Assembly (NCBI GenBank): GCA_964035545.1
Contig: OZ037765.1
Span: 15,076,698-15,140,697 of the forward strand
DNA: 64,000 nucleotides
Origin: Bugula neritina
Taxonomy: Eukaryota > Animalia > Bryozoa
Direction: 5' to 3'
Shown here: piece by piece, positions 46,001 through 59,300 of the stretch
Position numbering within the stretch: the stretch's first letter is position 1
Layout of the letters: every line of letters begins with the position of its first letter
Translations under genes and position numbers: made by a program
The notes under the pieces: model-generated
Told to the model about the DNA's origin: nothing
Seen by the model: only the letters and a program-made list of their open reading frames with translations
Databases searched by the model: none

Positions 46001-49000
46001 GTCAACATACTGAAATGTACTGCAACATACTGAAATACACTGTAACAAACCCAATTACATTGCAACAAACTGCAACATACTGAAATACGCTGTAACATAT
46101 TGAAATACGCTCCAACACATTGAAAGAAACTGCAATATACCTAAATATACGATAATATACTGAAAGATACTGTACCACATTGAAAAACATTGCACCATAC
46201 TGAAAAATGCTGTAGCACATTAAAATACACTGTAAGATACTGAAATACACTGCAACATGCTGAAATACACTGTAACCTACTGAAATACACTGCAACATAC
46301 TACAACATACTGAAATACACTGTAACATTATGAATTACACTGCAACACATTGAAAAATACTGCAACATACTACAACATATTGAAATACACTGTAACACAT
46401 TGAAATATACTGCAACACACTGAAACATACGGCAACATATTGAAATATACTGCAACACATTGAAATATACCGCAACATACTGAAATATGCTGTAGCACAC
46501 TGAAATACACTGCAACTCACTATAATATAGTGTAATATACAGAAATGTACTGTAACATACTGAAATACACTGTAACATACTGAAATATACTGTAACATAC
46601 TGAAATATACTGCAACACACTGCAACATACTGAAATGCGCTGTAACATACTGAAATACACTGCAACATACTACAACATATTGAAATACACTGTAACACAT
46701 TGAAATATACTGCAACACACTGAAACATACGGCAACATATTAAAATATACTGCAACACATTGAAATATACCGCAACATACTGAAATATGCTGTAGCACAC
46801 TGAAATACACTGCAACTCACTATAATATAGTGTAACATACAGAAATGTACTGTAACATACTGAAATACACTGTAACATACTGAAATATACTGCAACATAC
46901 TGAAGTACACTGCAACATACTGCAACATACTGAAATACACTGTAACATATTGAAATACACTACAACACATTGAAATATACTGCAACACACTGAAGGATAC
47001 GGCAACATACTGAAATATACTGCGACACATTGAAATATACTGCAACATACTGAAATTTGCTGTAGCATACTGAAATATACTGTAACACACTGTAAAATAC
47101 TGCAACATACTGCAACATACTGACATACACTGGAACATACTGAAATACACTGCAACATACTACAACATACTGAAATACACTGTAACCTACTGAAATACGC
47201 TGTAGCACACTGAAATATACTGCAACATACTGAAATATAATGCAAATTACTACAACATACTGAAATACACTGTGACATACTGAGATACACTGCAACATAC
47301 TGCAACATACTGTAACATACTGAAATACACTGTAACCTACTGAAACACACTGCAACATACTACAACATACCGAAGTACACTGTAACATCATGAATTACAC
47401 TGCAACACATTGAAAAATACTGCAACATACCGAAATATATGGCAAACTACTGAAATATACTTTAACAGATTGAAAAAAACTGCATCATACTGAAATATAC
47501 TGTAACACACTGAAATATACTGCAAAACACTGAAATACACTGTAACATACTGAAATACACTGTAACATACTGAAATATACTGCAACACACTGCAACATAC
47601 TGAAATGCGCTTTAACATACTGAAATACACTGCAACATACTACAACATATAGAAATACACTGCAACACATTGAAATATACTGCAACACACTGAAACATCT
47701 GGCAACATATTGAAATATACTGCAACACATTGAAATACACCGCAACATACTGAAATATGCTGTAGCACACTGAAATACACCGCAACTCACTATAATATAG
47801 TGTAATATACAGAAATGTACTGTAACATACTGAAATATACTCTAACATACTGAAATATACTGCAACATACTGAAGTACACTGCAACATACTGCAACATAC
47901 TGAAATACACTGTAACATATTGAAATACATTACAACACATTGAAATATACTGCAACACACTGAAATATGCTGTAGCACACTGAAATACACTGCAACTCAC
48001 TATAATATAGTGTAATATACAGAAATGTACTGTAACATACTGAGATAAACTGCAACATACTGCAACATACTGCAACATACTGCAACATACTGAAATACAC
48101 TGTAACATATTGAAATACACTGCAAAACCTTGAAATATACTGCAACACACTGAAGGATACGGCAACATACTGAAATATACTGCAACACACTGCAACATAC
48201 TACAACATACCGAAGTACACTGTAACATCATGAATTACACTGCAACACATTGAAAAATACTGCAACATACCGAAATATATGGCAAACTACTGAAATATAC
48301 TTTAACAGATTGAAAAAAACTGCATCATACTGAAATATACTGTAACACACTGAAATATACTGCAAAACACTAAAATACACTGTAACATACTGAAATACAC
48401 TGCAACATACTGAAATGCGCTGTAACATACTGAAATACACTGCAACATACTACAACATATTGAAATACACTGTAACACATTGAAATATACTGCAACACAC
48501 TGAAACATACGGCAACATATTGAATTATACTGCAACACATTGAAATATACCGCAACATACTGAAATTTGCTGTAGCATACTGAAATATACTGTAACACAC
48601 TGTAAAATACTGCAACATACTGCAACATACTGACATACACTGGAACATACTGAAATACACTGCAACATACTACAACATACTGAAATACACTGTAACCTAC
48701 TGAAATATGCTGTAGCACACTGAAATATACTGCAACATACTGAAATATAATGAAAGTTACCACAACATACTGAAATACACTGTGAGATACTGAGATACAC
48801 TGCAACACCTTGAAATATACTGCAACACACTGAAAGATACGGCAACATACTGAAATATACTGCGACACATTGAAATATAGTGCAGCATACTAAAATATGC
48901 TGTAGCATACTGAAATATACTGTAACACACTGAAATATACTGCAACATTCTGAAATACATTGTAACATACTGAAATATACTGCAACATACTGAAATACAC

Positions 49001-50100
49001 TGTAACATACTGAAATATACTGCAACATACTGCAACATACTGAAATACACTGTAACATACTGAAATACACTGCAACATACTGCAACATACTGAAATACAC
49101 TGGAAGAAATTGAAACACACCACAACACATTGAAATATACTGCAACACACTGAAACATACAGCAACATACTGAAATATACTGCGACACATTGAAATATAC
49201 TGCAACATAGTTAAATATAATGCAAGATACTGCAACATTCTGAAATACACTGTGACATACTGAAATACACTGCAACATACTTCAACATACTGCAACATAC
49301 TGAAATACACTGTAACATATTGAAGTGCGATGCAACACATTGAAATATACTGCAACACACTGAAACATACGGCAACATACTGAAATATACTGCAACACAT
49401 TGAAATATACTGCAACATACTGAAATATGCTGTAGTATAGTGAAACACACTGCAACACAGTGAAGTATACTGTAAAATACAGAAATATACTGTAACATAC
49501 TGAAACATATGTCAACATACTGAAATGTACTGCAACATACTGAAATACACTGTAACAAACCCAATTACATTGCAACAAACTACAACATACTGAAATACGC
49601 TGTAACATATTGAAATACGCTCCAACACATTGAAAGAAACTGCAATATACCTAAATATACGATAATATACTGAAAGATACTGTACCACATTGAAAAACAT
49701 TGCACCATACTGAAAAATGCTGTAGCACATTAAAATACACTGTAAGATACTGAAATACACTGCAACATGCTGAAATACACTGTAACCTACTGAAATACAC
49801 TGCAACATACTACAACATACTGAAATACACTGTAACATTATGAATTACACTGCAACACATTGAAAAATACTGCAACATACTACAACATATTGAAATACAC
49901 TGTAACACATTGAAATATACTGCAACACACTGAAACATACGGCAACATATTGAAATATACTGCAACACATTGAAATATACCGCAACATACTGAAATATGC
50001 TGTAGCACACTGAAATACACTGCAACTCACTATAATATAGTGTAATATACAGAAATGTACTGTAACATACTGAAATACACTGTAACATACTGAAATATAC
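43080..50100. repeat. Higher-order repeat, 3510 bp x2 (partial third copy to ~51.3 kb)
   Basis: Matching ORF coordinates 43878/47388/50888, 44718/48228, 45247/48757 and 46300/49810. Shared variants TGCAAATTAC and TGAAGTGCGA. Confidence 0.9.
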
Positions 50101-52099
50101 TGTAACATACTGAAATATACTGCAACACACTGCAACATACTGAAATGCGCTGTAACATACTGAAATACACTGCAACATACTACAACATATTGAAATACAC
50201 TGTAACACATTGAAATATACTGCAACACACTGAAACATACGGCAACATATTGAAATATACTGCAACACATTGAAATATACCGCAACATACTGAAATATGC
50301 TGTAGCACACTGAAATACACTGCAACTCACTATAATATAGTGTAATATACAGAAATGTACTGTAACATACTGAAATACACTGTAACATACTGAAATATAC
50401 TGCAACATACTGAAGTACACTGCAACATACTGCAACATACTGAAATACACTGTAACATATTGAGATACACTACAACACATTGAAATATACTGCAACACAC
50501 TGAAGGATACGGCAACATACTGAAATATACTGCGACACATTGAAATATACTGCAACATACTGAAATTTGCTGTAGCATACTGAAATATACTGTAACACAC
50601 TGTAAAATACTGCAACATACTGACATACACTGGAACATACTGAAATACACTGCAACATACTACAACATACTGAAATACACTGTAACCTACTGAAATACGC
50701 TGTAGCACACTGAAATATACCGCAACATACTGAAATATAATGCAAGTTACTACAACATACTGAAATACACTGTGACATACTGAGATACACTGCAACATAC
50801 TGCAACATACTGTAACATACTGAAATACACTGTAACCTACTGAAACACACTGCAACATACTACAACATACCGAAGTACACTGTAACATCATGAATTACAC
50901 TGCAACACATTGAAAAATAGTGCAACATACCGAAATATATGGCAAACTACTGAAATATACTTTAACAGATTGAAAAAAACTGCATCATACTGAAATATAC
51001 TGTAACACACTGAAATATACTGCAAAACACTGAAATACACTGTAACATACTGAAATACACTGTAACATACTGAAATATACTGCAACACACTGCAACATAC
51101 TGAAATGCGCTTTAACATACTGAAATACACTGCAACATACTACAACATATAGAAATACACTGCAACACATTGAAATATACTGCAACACACTGAAACATCT
51201 GGCAACATATTGAAATATACTGCAACACATTGAAATATACCGCAACATACTGAAATATGCTGTAGCACACTGAAATACACCGCAACTCACTATAATATAG
51301 TGTAATATACAGAAATGTACTGTAACATACTGAAATATACTGTAACATACTGAAATATACTGCAACATACTGAAATACATTGTAACATACTGAAATATAC
51401 TGCAACATACTGAAATACACTGTAACATACTGAAATATACTGCAACATACTGCAACATACTGAAATACACTGTAACATACTGAAATACACTGCAACATAC
51501 TGCAACATACTGAAATACACTGGAAGAAATTGAAACACACCACAACACATTGAAATATACTGCAACACACTGAAACATACAGCAACATACTGAAATATAC
51601 TGCGACACATTGAAATATACTGCAACATAGTTAAATATAATGCAAGATACTGCAACATTCTGAAATACACTGTGACATACTGAAATACACTGCAACATAC
51701 TTCAACATACTGCAACATACTGCAACATACTGAAATACACTGTAACATATTGAAGTGCACTGCAACACATTGAAATATACTGCAACACACTGAAACATAC
51801 GGCAACATACTGAAATATACTGCAACACATTGAAATATACTGCAACATACTGAAATATGCTGTAGTATACTGAAACACACTGCAACACAGTGAAGTATAC
51901 TGTAAAATACAGAAATATACTGTAACATACTGAAACATATGTCAACATACTGAAATGTACTGCAACATACTGAAATACACTGTAACAAACCCAATTACAT
52001 TGCAACAAACTGCAACATACTGAAATACGCTGTAACATATTGAAATACGCTCCAACACATTGAAAGAAACTGCAATATACCTAAATATACGATAATATA

Positions 52100-55000
52100 C
52101 TGAAAGATACTGTACCACATTGAAAAACATTGCAACATACTGAAACATGCTGTAGCACATTAAAATACACTGTAAGATACTGAAATACACTGCAACATGC
52201 TGAAATACACTGTAACCTACTGAAATACACTGCAACATACTACAACATACTGAAATACACTGTAACATTATGAATTACACTGCAACACATTGAAAAATAC
52301 TGCAACATACCGAAATATATGGCAAACTACTGAAATATACTTTAACAGATTGAAAAAAACTGCGTCATACTGAAATATACTGTAACACACTGAAATATAC
52401 TGCAAAACACTGAAATACACTGTAACATACTGAAATACACTGTAACATACTGAAATATACTGCAACACACTGCAACATACTGAAATGCGCTGTAACATAC
52501 TGAAATACACTGCAACATACTACAACATATTGAAATACACTGTAACACATTGAAATATACTGCAACACACTGAAACATACGGCAACATATTGAAATATAC
52601 TGCAACACATTGAAATATACCGCAACATACTGAAATATGCTGTAGCACACTGAAATACACTGCAACTCACTATAATATAGTGTAATATACAGAAATGTAC
52701 TGTAACATACTGAAATACACTGTAACATACTGAAATATACTGCAACATACTGAAGTACACTGCAACATACTGCAACATACTGAAATACACTGTAACATAT
52801 TGAAATACACTACAACACATTGAAATATACTGCAACACACTGAAGGATACGGCAACATACTGAAATACACTGCGACACATTGAAATATACTGCAACATAC
52901 TGAAATTTGCTGTAGCATTCTGAAATATACTGTAACACACTGTAAAATACTGCAACATACTGCAACATACTGACATACACTGGAACATACTGAAATACAC
53001 TGCAACATACTACAACATACTGAAATACACTGTAACCTACTGAAATACGCTGTAGCACACTGAAATATACTGCAACATACTGAAATATAATGCAAGTTAC
53101 TACAACATACTGAAATACACTGTGACATACTGAGATACACTGCAACATACTGCAACATACTGTAACATACTGAAATACACTGTAACCTACTGAAACACAC
53201 TGCAACATACTACAACATACCGAAGTACACTGTAACATCATGAATTACACTGCAACACATTGAAAAATACTGCAACATACCGAAATATATGGCAAACTAC
53301 TGAAATATACTTTAACAGATTGAAAAAAACTGCATCATACTGAAATATACTGTAACACACTGAAATATACTGCAAAACACTGAAATACACTGTAACATAC
53401 TGAAATACACTGTAACATACTGAAATATACTGCAACACACTGCAACATACTGAAATGCGCTTTAACATACTGAAATACACTGCAACATACTACAACATAT
53501 AGAAATACACTGCAACACATTGAAATATACTGCAACACACTGAAACATCTGGCAACATATTGAAATATACTGCAACACATTGAAATATACCGCAACATAC
53601 TGAAATATGCTGTAGCACACTGAAATACACCGCAACTCACTATAATATAGTGTAATATACAGAAATGTACTGTAACATACTGAAATATACTGTAACATAC
53701 TGAAATATACTGCAACATACTGAAGTACACTGCAACATACTGCAACATACTGAAATACACTGTAACATATTGAAATACATTACAACACATTGAAATATAC
53801 TGCAACACACTGAAATATGCTGTAGCACACTGAAATACACTGCAACTCACTATAATATAGTGTAATATACAGAAATGTACTGTAACATACTGAGATAAAC
53901 TGCAACATACTGCAACATACTGCAACATACTGAAATACACTGTAACATATTGAAATACACTGCAAAACCTTGAAATATACTGCAACACACTGAAGGATAC
54001 GGCAACATACTGAAATATACTGCGACACATTGAAATATACTGCAACATACTGAAATACGCTGTAGCATACTGAAATATACTGTAACACACCGTAATATAC
54101 TGCAACATACTGCAACATACTGACATACACTGGAACATACTGAAACACACTGCAACATACTACAACATACTGAAATACGCTGTAACCTACTGAAATATGC
54201 TGTAGCACACTGAAATATACTGCAGCATACTGAAATATAATGCAAGTTACAACAACATACTGAAATACACTGTGACATACTGAGATACACTGCAACACCT
54301 TGAAATATACTGCAACACACTGAAAGATACTGCGACACATTGAAATATACTGCAGCATACTGAAATATGCTGTAGCATACTGAAATACGCTGTAGCACAC
54401 TGAAATATACTGCAACATACTGAAATATAATGCAAGTTACTACAACATACTGAAATACACTGTGACATACTGAAATACACTGTAACAGACTAAAATGTAC
54501 TGTAACACACTGAAATATACTGCAACATGCTGAAATACACTGTAACATACTGAAATATACTGCAACATACCGCAACATACTGAAATACACTGTAACATAC
54601 TGAAATGCACTGCAACATACTGCAACATACTGAAATACACTGGAACAAATTGAAGCACACTACAACACATTGAAATATACTGCAACACACTGAAACATAC
54701 AGCAACATACTGAAATATACTGCGACACATTGAAATATACTGCAACATAGTTAAATATAATGCAAGATACTGCAACATTCTGAAATACACTGTGACATAC
54801 TGAAATACACTGCAACATACTTCAACATATTGCAACATACTGCAACATACTGAAATACACTGTAACATATTGAAGTGCACTGCAACACATTGAAATATAC
54901 TGCAACACACTGAAGCATACGGCAACATACTGAAATATACTGCAACACATTGAAATATACTGCAACATAGTCAAATATAATGCAAGATACTGTAACACTC

Positions 55001-55576
55001 TGAAACACACTGTTCAGATACTGAAATTCACTGCAACATACTGCAACATACTGCAACATACTGAAATACACTGTAACATATTGAAATACACTGCAACACA
55101 TTGAAATATACTGCAAGACACTGAAACATACGGCAACATACTGAAATATACTGCAACACATTGAAATATACTGCAACATACTGAAATATGCTGTAGTATA
55201 CCGAAACACACTGCAACACAGTGAAGTATACTGTAAAATACAGAAATATACTGTAACATACTGAAACATATGTCAACATACTGAAATGTACTGCAACATG
55301 CTGAAATATATTGCAACATACTGAAATACACTGTAACAAACCCAATTACACTGCAACAAGCTGCAACATACTGAAATACGCTGTAACATATTGAAATACG
55401 CTCCAACACATTGAACGAAACTGCAACATACCTAAATATACGACAATATACTGAAAGATACTGTACCACATTGAAAAACATTGCAACATACTGAAACATG
55501 CTGTAGCACATTAAAATACACTGTAAGATACTGAAATACACTGCAGCATGCTGAAATACACTGTAACCTACTGAAA
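52100..55576. repeat. Dispersed duplication related to ~10300-13740 (offset ~41.8 kb)
   Basis: Matching ORF coordinates 10480/52268, 11450/53238 and 11992/53780 (41788), 12903/54751 (41848). Shared variants GGAACAAATTG, CTTCAACATATTG and GAAATGCAC. Confidence 0.8.
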
Positions 55577-55599
55577 CACAGGATAGTTAAGGGCATCCT
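55577..55599 (+). repeat. Terminal inverted repeat of MITE copy 2 (left)
   Basis: CACAGGATAGTTAAGGGCATCCT. Confidence 0.97.
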
Positions 55600-55922
55600 C
55601 ACTAAGAATATCATAAATTTCTCACAAAATGTAGTTCGGTTTCTTGAATAATATTGCTCTGCGGGTGGCATGCGTGTTGCCTACTTGTAATTGTTTAGCC
55701 TAAGATTAAACTACAACCAATAAGCAGCAACCTTCATTAGGGCTGCGTTATCTATCAACATTCCATTATTGGTGCTACATAAACAAAGTACAAAGCAAGC
55801 TATTCATTATAGCCTGCCAGCTAGCTAGCCTGTAATTATTATGTAGGCGCCAATATCTTCTCATCCCTACGTGCTCAGTGAAGCGTGAAGTGCTGCGCGC
55901 TGCTAGTTTCTTATGAGAAAAT

Positions 55923-56219
55923 ATGGCATTTTCAGTGTATAAATCACCAATTTATGAGCAATCTAGCAGAATTATTGAAAAAAGAAAAAAACTTACACTG
56001 GAGAAATATCTCAGGATTCCAGCAGTGCAATTTTTATTCAGATATCATGCTTTGCTGCTGAGATATTTTACTGGTACTGAAAAGTCAGCTTTTCAGGTAA
56101 AATTGGCCAAAATTCGGCAGTTTTTTGTCTATAACTTCGCAAAAAAAATGAAAATTGAAATTTCCAAAAAACTTACACTGGAGAAAAAGAAGATCTACAA
56201 CATAGTTTTTAAATTTTGA
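55923..56219 (+). other. 98-aa ORF inside MITE copy 2 (probably fortuitous; no recognisable domain)
   Basis: ORF track. KKLTLEK occurs twice 60 aa apart, which reflects the 180-bp DNA repeat. No DDE or other transposase motif recognised. Confidence 0.12.
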
Positions 56220-56261
56220 CTCTAGCACAATTAGGTGAGATTTTATTTTACTGGTACTGAA
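55974..56261 (+). repeat. Degenerate internal 180-bp-period duplication in the MITE (mirror copy at ~24678-24965)
   Basis: AAAAAACTTACACTGGAGAAA at ~55986 and ~56166; TATTTTACTGGTACTGAA at 56064 and 56244; ATTGAAA at 55974 and 56154. All three pairs are exactly 180 bp apart. Confidence 0.85.
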
Positions 56262-56309
56262 TTCTTATATGATTACAATGCAAACCTCAGCAAGGCAGTT
56301 GCAGCTAAA

Positions 56310-56332
56310 AGGTTGCCCTTAACTATCCTGTG
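56310..56332 (-). repeat. Terminal inverted repeat of MITE copy 2 (right)
   Basis: AGGTTGCCCTTAACTATCCTGTG. Confidence 0.97.
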
Positions 56333-59300
56333 AATACACTGCAACATACTACAACATACTGAAATACACTGTAACATTATGAATTACACTGCAACACATT
56401 GAAAATACTACAACATACCGAAATATATGGCAAACTACTGAAACATACTTTAACAGATTGAAAAAAACTGCATCATACTGAAATATACTGTAACACACTG
56501 AAATATACTGCAAAACACTGAAATACACTGTAACATACTGAAATACACTGTAACATACTGAAATATACTGCAACACACTGCAACATACTGAAATGCGCTG
56601 TAACATACTGAAATACACTGCAACATGCTACAACATATTGAAATACACTGCAACACATTGAAATATACTGCAACACACTGAAACATACGGCAACATATTG
56701 AAATATACTGCAACACATTGAAATATACCGCAACATACTGAAATATGCTGTAGCACACTGAAATACACTGCAACTCACTATAATATAGTGTAATATACAG
56801 AAATGTACTGTAACATACTGAAATACACTGTAACATACTGAAATATACTGCAACATACTGAAGTACACTGCAACATACTGCAACATACTGAAATACACTG
56901 TAACATATTGAAATACACTACAACACATTGAAATATACTGCAACACACTGAAGGATACGGCAACATACTGAAATATACTGCGACACATTGAAATATACTG
57001 CAAAATACTGAAATATGCGGTAGCATACTGAAATATACTGTAACACACTGTAAAATACTGCAACATACTGCAACATACTGACATACACTGGAACATACTG
57101 AAATACACTGCAACATACTACAACACACTGAAATACACTGTAACCTACTGAAATATGCTGTAGCACACTGAAATATACTGCAACATACTGAAATATAATG
57201 CAAGTTACTACAACATACTGAAATACACTGTGACATACTGAGATACACTGCAACATACTGCAACATACTGTAACATACTGAAATACACTGTAACCTACTG
57301 AAATACACTGCAACATACTACAACATACTGAAATACACTGTAACATTATGAATTACACTGCAACACATTGAAAAATACTGCAACATACCGAAATATATGG
57401 CAAACTACTGAAATATAATTTAACACATTGAAAAAAACTGCATCATACTGAAATATACTGTAACACACTGAAATATACTGCAAAACACTGAAATACACTG
57501 TAACATACTGAAATATGCTGTAGCACACTGAAATACACCGCAACTCACTATAATATAGTGTAATATACAGAAATGTACTGTAACATACTGAAATATACCG
57601 TAATATACTGAAATATACTGCAACATACTGAAGTACACTGCAACATACTGCAACATACTGAAATACACTGTAACATATTGAGATACATTACAACACATTG
57701 AAATATACTGCAACACACTGAAATATGCTGTAGCACACTGAAATACACTGCAACTCACTATAATATAGTGTAATATACAGAAATGTACTGTAACATACTG
57801 AGAAACACTGCAACATACTGCAACATACTGCAACATACTGAAATACACTGTAACATATTGAAATACACTGCAAAACCTTGAAATATACTGCAACACACTG
57901 AAGGATACGGCAACATACTGAAATATACTGCGACACATTGAAATATACTGCAACATACTGAAATATGCTGTAGCATACTGAAATATACTGTAACACACTG
58001 TAATATACTGCAACATACTGCAACATACTGACATACACTGGAACATACTGAAATACACTGCAACATACTACAACATACTGAAATACACTGTAACCTACTG
58101 AAATATGCTGTAGCACACTGAAATATACTGCAACATACTGAAATATAATGCAAGTTACTACAAGATACTGAAATACACTGTGACATACTGAGATACACTG
58201 CAACATACTGCAACATACTACAACATACTGAAATACACTGTAACATTATGAATTACACTGCAACACATTGAAAAATACTTCAACATGCCGAAATATATGG
58301 CAAACTACTGAAATATACTTTAACACATTGAAAAAAACTGCATCATACTGAAATATACTGTAACACACTGAAATATACTGCAAAACACTGAAATACACTG
58401 TAACATACTGAAATACACTGTAACATGCTGAAATATACTGCAATACACTGCAACATACTGAAATGCGCTGTAACATACTAAAATACACTGCAACATACTA
58501 CAACATATTGAAATACACTGCAACACATTGAAATATACTGCAACACACTGAAACATCTGGCAACATATTGAAATATACCGCAACATACTGAAGTATGCTG
58601 TAGCACACTGAAATACACCGCAACTCACTATAATATAGTGTAAAATACAGAAATGTACTGTAAAATACTGAAATATACTGTAACATACTGAAATATACTG
58701 CAACATACTGAAGTACACTGCAACATACTGCAACATACTGAAATACACTGTAACATATTGAAATACATTACAACACATTGAAATATACTGCAACACACTG
58801 ATATATGCTGTAGCACACTGAAATACACTGCAACTCACTATAATATAGTGTAATATACAGAAATGTACTGTAACATACTGAGATACACTGCAACATACTG
58901 CAACATACTGCAACATACCGAAATACACTGTAACATATTGAAATAGACTGCAACACACTGAAGGATACGGCAACATACTGAAATATACTGCGACACATTG
59001 AAATATACTGCAACATTCTGAAATATGCTGTAGCATACTGAAATATACTGTAACACACTGTAATATACTGCAACATACTGCAACATACTGACATACACTG
59101 GAACATACTGAAATACACTGCAACATATTACAACATACTGAAATACACTGTAACCTACTGAAATATGCTGTAGCACACTGAAATATACTGCAGCATACTG
59201 AAATATAATGCAAGTTACTACAACATACTGAAATACACTGTGACATACTGAGATACACTGCAACACCTTGAAATATACTGCAACACACTGAAAGATACGG

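Larger units (their letters stand above)
25363..55576. repeat. 10-bp satellite array, segment 2 (between the two MITEs)
   Basis: Same monomers, same orientation and same variant modules as segment 1. Confidence 0.99.
55577..56332 (+). mobile_element. 756-bp MITE, copy 2 (reverse complement of copy 1)
   Basis: Same length as copy 1, with about 10 substitutions and no indels on manual alignment to its reverse complement. Flanks read ...CTGAAA[insert]AATACACT, giving a 2-bp TSD (AA). Confidence 0.95.

Noticed and set aside
55923-56219. 98-aa ORF as a functional gene or transposase because it is intact in both copies
   Set aside because: At ~99% DNA identity ORF retention is expected. Three of the five changed codons are non-synonymous, no domain is recognisable, and the internal peptide repeat is explained by the DNA repeat.
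24607-56332. The two MITE copies as LTRs or as ends of one large element, or as products of a segmental duplication
   Set aside because: They are inverted relative to each other, each has its own TIR pair and its own distinct TSD, and they sit at different positions of the HOR.
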